DNA of 64,000 bases from a candidate division FCPU426 bacterium (GTDB lineage: Bacteria; Oederibacteriota; Muellerivitia; Muellerivitales; Muellerivitaceae), in assembly GCA_963830915.1 (NCBI GenBank), contig CAWHOE010000006.1:96001-160000 (forward strand). Reading direction: 5' to 3'. A program made the translations under genes and the position numbers. The notes under the pieces are model-generated. The model ran no database searches and was not told the DNA's origin. It saw only the letters and a list, made by a program, of their open reading frames with translations. Below are positions 61,916 through 64,000 of this stretch, in pieces. Every line of letters starts with the position of its first letter. Position 1 is the stretch's first letter.

Positions 61916-63451
61916 TCAATCCTTCATTCTCATATCAACGAGTTCGTAATAAGGCGCGAAAGGAGGTTTGGGGCATTTTTCATTCGATAATTTCCCCGCC
62001 ACGCAAGCCGCGACAGGGTCCTTCGGACCGGTGTAAACCGCCGTAATATTCCCGGATTTCTCGATCTTTAAAACGATCGTAAAATCCTTCGTTTGTGCGG
62101 TCTCCAGGGTACAGACCCGCATGAACCCCATCAGATCGTCACCGATCTTTGAGGAGAACTGCTTTTCATACTCGATGCCCTCGGGTGAAGCGGTGTCTTT
62201 CTTGGCCTCTCGCAGGATATCCGCCGGGATGGAATCGTTCATGGCCGCGGGCGCGTCCTGGTCTTTATCGTATTCCCCCTCGGCTGTCCTTATACCTCGT
62301 TCGATCTTCTGGAACCCGTCCAGGAGTTCGGGATCGTTGAACACGAGGGTCTTGCGGTTGAAATGCTGGCCCGGATCCCACAGCATGGGACACATCCCCA
62401 TCCGGTAGACTTTCTGGGCCACCGCCAATATGTACCGGCGGACACTCTCGGGATCCTTGGCCTTGAGGGTCGCGCCGTATTCGCCCACGATGACCGGCAC
62501 ACCCTTGTCGAGAAAATGGACTTTCAACTTCTGCATGTTCGATTCCAGTTCATCATAGTCCTCTTTTTTTCCCCAGGTCGGGCGGGCCTTGCCCCAGGAC
62601 TCGTCCTTCTCAAGGCCGGCGAAGGTATAGGGAGTGTAATAGTGGACGGAAACGACGCAGTGGTTCTGCGGGTCTTTGGGCATGAGAAAATCCGCGTCCG
62701 TCGTAAGATCGATGTCGGTGCAATATCCGGCGATCAGTAGGTGACGCTGAGCGTTCTTTCCGCCCGATTTCCGTACCAGATCAACGAAAGCCTGGTTGAT
62801 GTCGTTCAGGATCCCATAGGCCTTCTGCCTCTGAGTGGGATTCTCGCCGCCATATCGGTTCCAGACATCACCGAAACAGCCTTCCTCGTTCAAGGACTCG
62901 AAGATCAAAGAGTCGGGCTCATCCTTGAAATAATCGGCGATCTGCGACCACATCCCGGTATAGCGCTTCATGGATTTATCGTATTCCACCGGGAACTTGG
63001 ACCACCAACCGCCATCCCAGTGGATATTGATGATCGCGATCATCCCGTCGTCGAGCGCCCAATCGACGATCTGCTTGACCCGTTCCAAGAGCGCGGGGTT
63101 GATCGTGTAATTGTCCCCCATCATGTTCGACCAGGCGACGGGTATACGGATCGATTTGAACCCCGCGTCCTTGATCGCGTCGATCATCTCTTTGGTCGTG
63201 TCGGGATTACCCCAGGCGGTCTCGAAATTATGCACCGCGCCTTTATTGATCCAATCCCCGGCGCACTCCATCGTGTTGCCCAGGTTCCATCCCAGCCCCA
63301 TTTGTCGGACGACCTCCACCGAATTGATCTTTCCCAGGTCGGTGGCATTTGTCGTTGAAGGTTGGGCCATTAGGCGGATTGGGGATAGGAATATCGAAAA
63401 AAGCGCCCCAAAAACAAGCAAAGGTAATGATGGAAGGTTTTTAAATGACAA
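61916..63451 (-). CDS. Glycoside hydrolase family 5 (endoglucanase-like) with an extra C-terminal domain
   Basis: MGLGWNLGNTME, RIPVAW, INIHWDGGW, FESLNE, SVHYYTP, VIVGEYG, LWD; start moved to TTG 63451 to avoid the tRNA. Confidence 0.92.
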   Translation of the reverse strand: MSFKNLPSLPLLVFGALFSIFLSPIRLMAQPSTTNATDLGKINSVEVVRQMGLGWNLGNTMECAGDWINKGAVHNFETAWGNPDTTKEMIDAIKDAGFKSIRIPVAWSNMMGDNYTINPALLERVKQIVDWALDDGMIAIINIHWDGGWWSKFPVEYDKSMKRYTGMWSQIADYFKDEPDSLIFESLNEEGCFGDVWNRYGGENPTQRQKAYGILNDINQAFVDLVRKSGGKNAQRHLLIAGYCTDIDLTTDADFLMPKDPQNHCVVSVHYYTPYTFAGLEKDESWGKARPTWGKKEDYDELESNMQKLKVHFLDKGVPVIVGEYGATLKAKDPESVRRYILAVAQKVYRMGMCPMLWDPGQHFNRKTLVFNDPELLDGFQKIERGIRTAEGEYDKDQDAPAAMNDSIPADILREAKKDTASPEGIEYEKQFSSKIGDDLMGFMRVCTLETAQTKDFTIVLKIEKSGNITAVYTGPKDPVAACVAGKLSNEKCPKPPFAPYYELVDMRMKD

Positions 63452-63483
63452 AGGGTATCTTCTTTGATTCTTTATAGAATAAA

Positions 63484-63558
63484 TGGCTGGGGCGGTAGGA
63501 TTCGAACCTACGAATGCCAGATCCAAAATCTGGTGACTTACCGCTTGTCGACGCCCCA
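63484..63558 (-). tRNA. tRNA-Gln (anticodon UUG)
   Basis: TGGGGCGTCGACAAGCGGTAAGTCACCAGATTTTGGATCTGGCATTCGTAGGTTCGAATCCTACCGCCCCAGCCA forms a cloverleaf with encoded CCA. Confidence 0.97.
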
Positions 63559-63681
63559 ATCAAAGGCTCTTAAGATAAAAGGCAGGGTGGTAATTTAATT
63601 CGCCCCAAGGCCTTTATCAAGCTTCAAATTAAACCTGTTGGTATCTTGATTATGCCGTAAAACCCAACGTAACCTAACTGC

Positions 63682-63876
63682 ATGAGCGAAAAGCCCCAAC
63701 CCAAGATCACTTCCCTGCCATCCCTATTCGAGATGGGCCGAAAGGCTCAAGACCCCACGCGGGACGAATCTGAGACCCTCTTTTACACCTGTCCCCAGTG
63801 CGGTCATCCAATGGAAACCAAAAAATGCAAGATCGTCTGCCATCAATGCCGTTACTTCATCGGCTGTTCAGAGTGA
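63682..63876 (+). CDS. Small zinc-ribbon protein
   Basis: CPQCG...CKIVCHQC...CSE. Confidence 0.6.
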   Translation: MSEKPQPKITSLPSLFEMGRKAQDPTRDESETLFYTCPQCGHPMETKKCKIVCHQCRYFIGCSE

Positions 63877-64000
63877 CCCTTCTGTTTCATCGAGACCTGT
63901 TTTTCCAATAGTTTGATGGTCTTCATTTGTTCTTCCTCATATTTCCTCGCGTCCGGGAACCCATCCCGCAGGTCCGTCAGGAACTCCATCAGGGATTTTT
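63852..64000 (-). CDS. 3' end of a CDS entering from beyond the window
   Basis: Open frame ...KSLMEFLTDLRDGFPDARKYEEEQMKTIKLLEKQVSMKQKGHSEQPMK*. Confidence 0.55.
   Translation of the reverse strand, partial: KSLMEFLTDLRDGFPDARKYEEEQMKTIKLLEKQVSMKQKGHSEQPMK

Noticed and set aside
61700..63558. tRNA-anchored prophage or integrative island
   Set aside because: No integrase seen and no duplicated tRNA 3' end noticed in the window
63452..63559. N-terminal extension of the GH5 ORF (MGRRQAVS...)
   Set aside because: It is a read-through of the tRNA-Gln sequence; the real start is downstream

Overview
A GC-rich chromosomal segment from a diderm bacterium (TolC/RND, beta-barrel proteins, lipoproteins). 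The many Thr/Pro-rich secreted proteins would fit an uncultured FCPU426-like lineage, but that is inference only. Core genes: class II ribonucleotide reductase nrdJ with tandem NrdR-like boxes, pgi, a cysteine desulfurase, comEC, glmU-prs-rplY-pth and tRNA-Gln(UUG). Other content: an ECF sigma/anti-sigma/CpxP-like/TolC/RND locus with no membrane-fusion protein, GH2, GH3 and GH5 hydrolases, two GT-C-like membrane glycosyltransferases, an MCP, a class III adenylate cyclase and a sigma54 two-component locus. Most notable observations: (1) an AT-rich two-gene island encoding a stand-alone Mrr-like PD-(D/E)xK nuclease and an unknown helical partner, a candidate defence system; (2) a lipoprotein serpin whose predicted P1-P1' is Asp-Cys, as in poxviral CrmA/SPI-2; (3) a sensor kinase/NtrC/TPR cluster upstream of a consensus sigma54 promoter in front of a Pro-rich secreted protein, followed by a TPR/beta-barrel gene; (4) a non-coding 74-bp palindromic tandem array; (5) a dispersed family of CCAC...GTGG intergenic palindromes; (6) two adjacent single-base frameshifts. 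No CRISPR array, integrase, transposase or phage genes were recognised.
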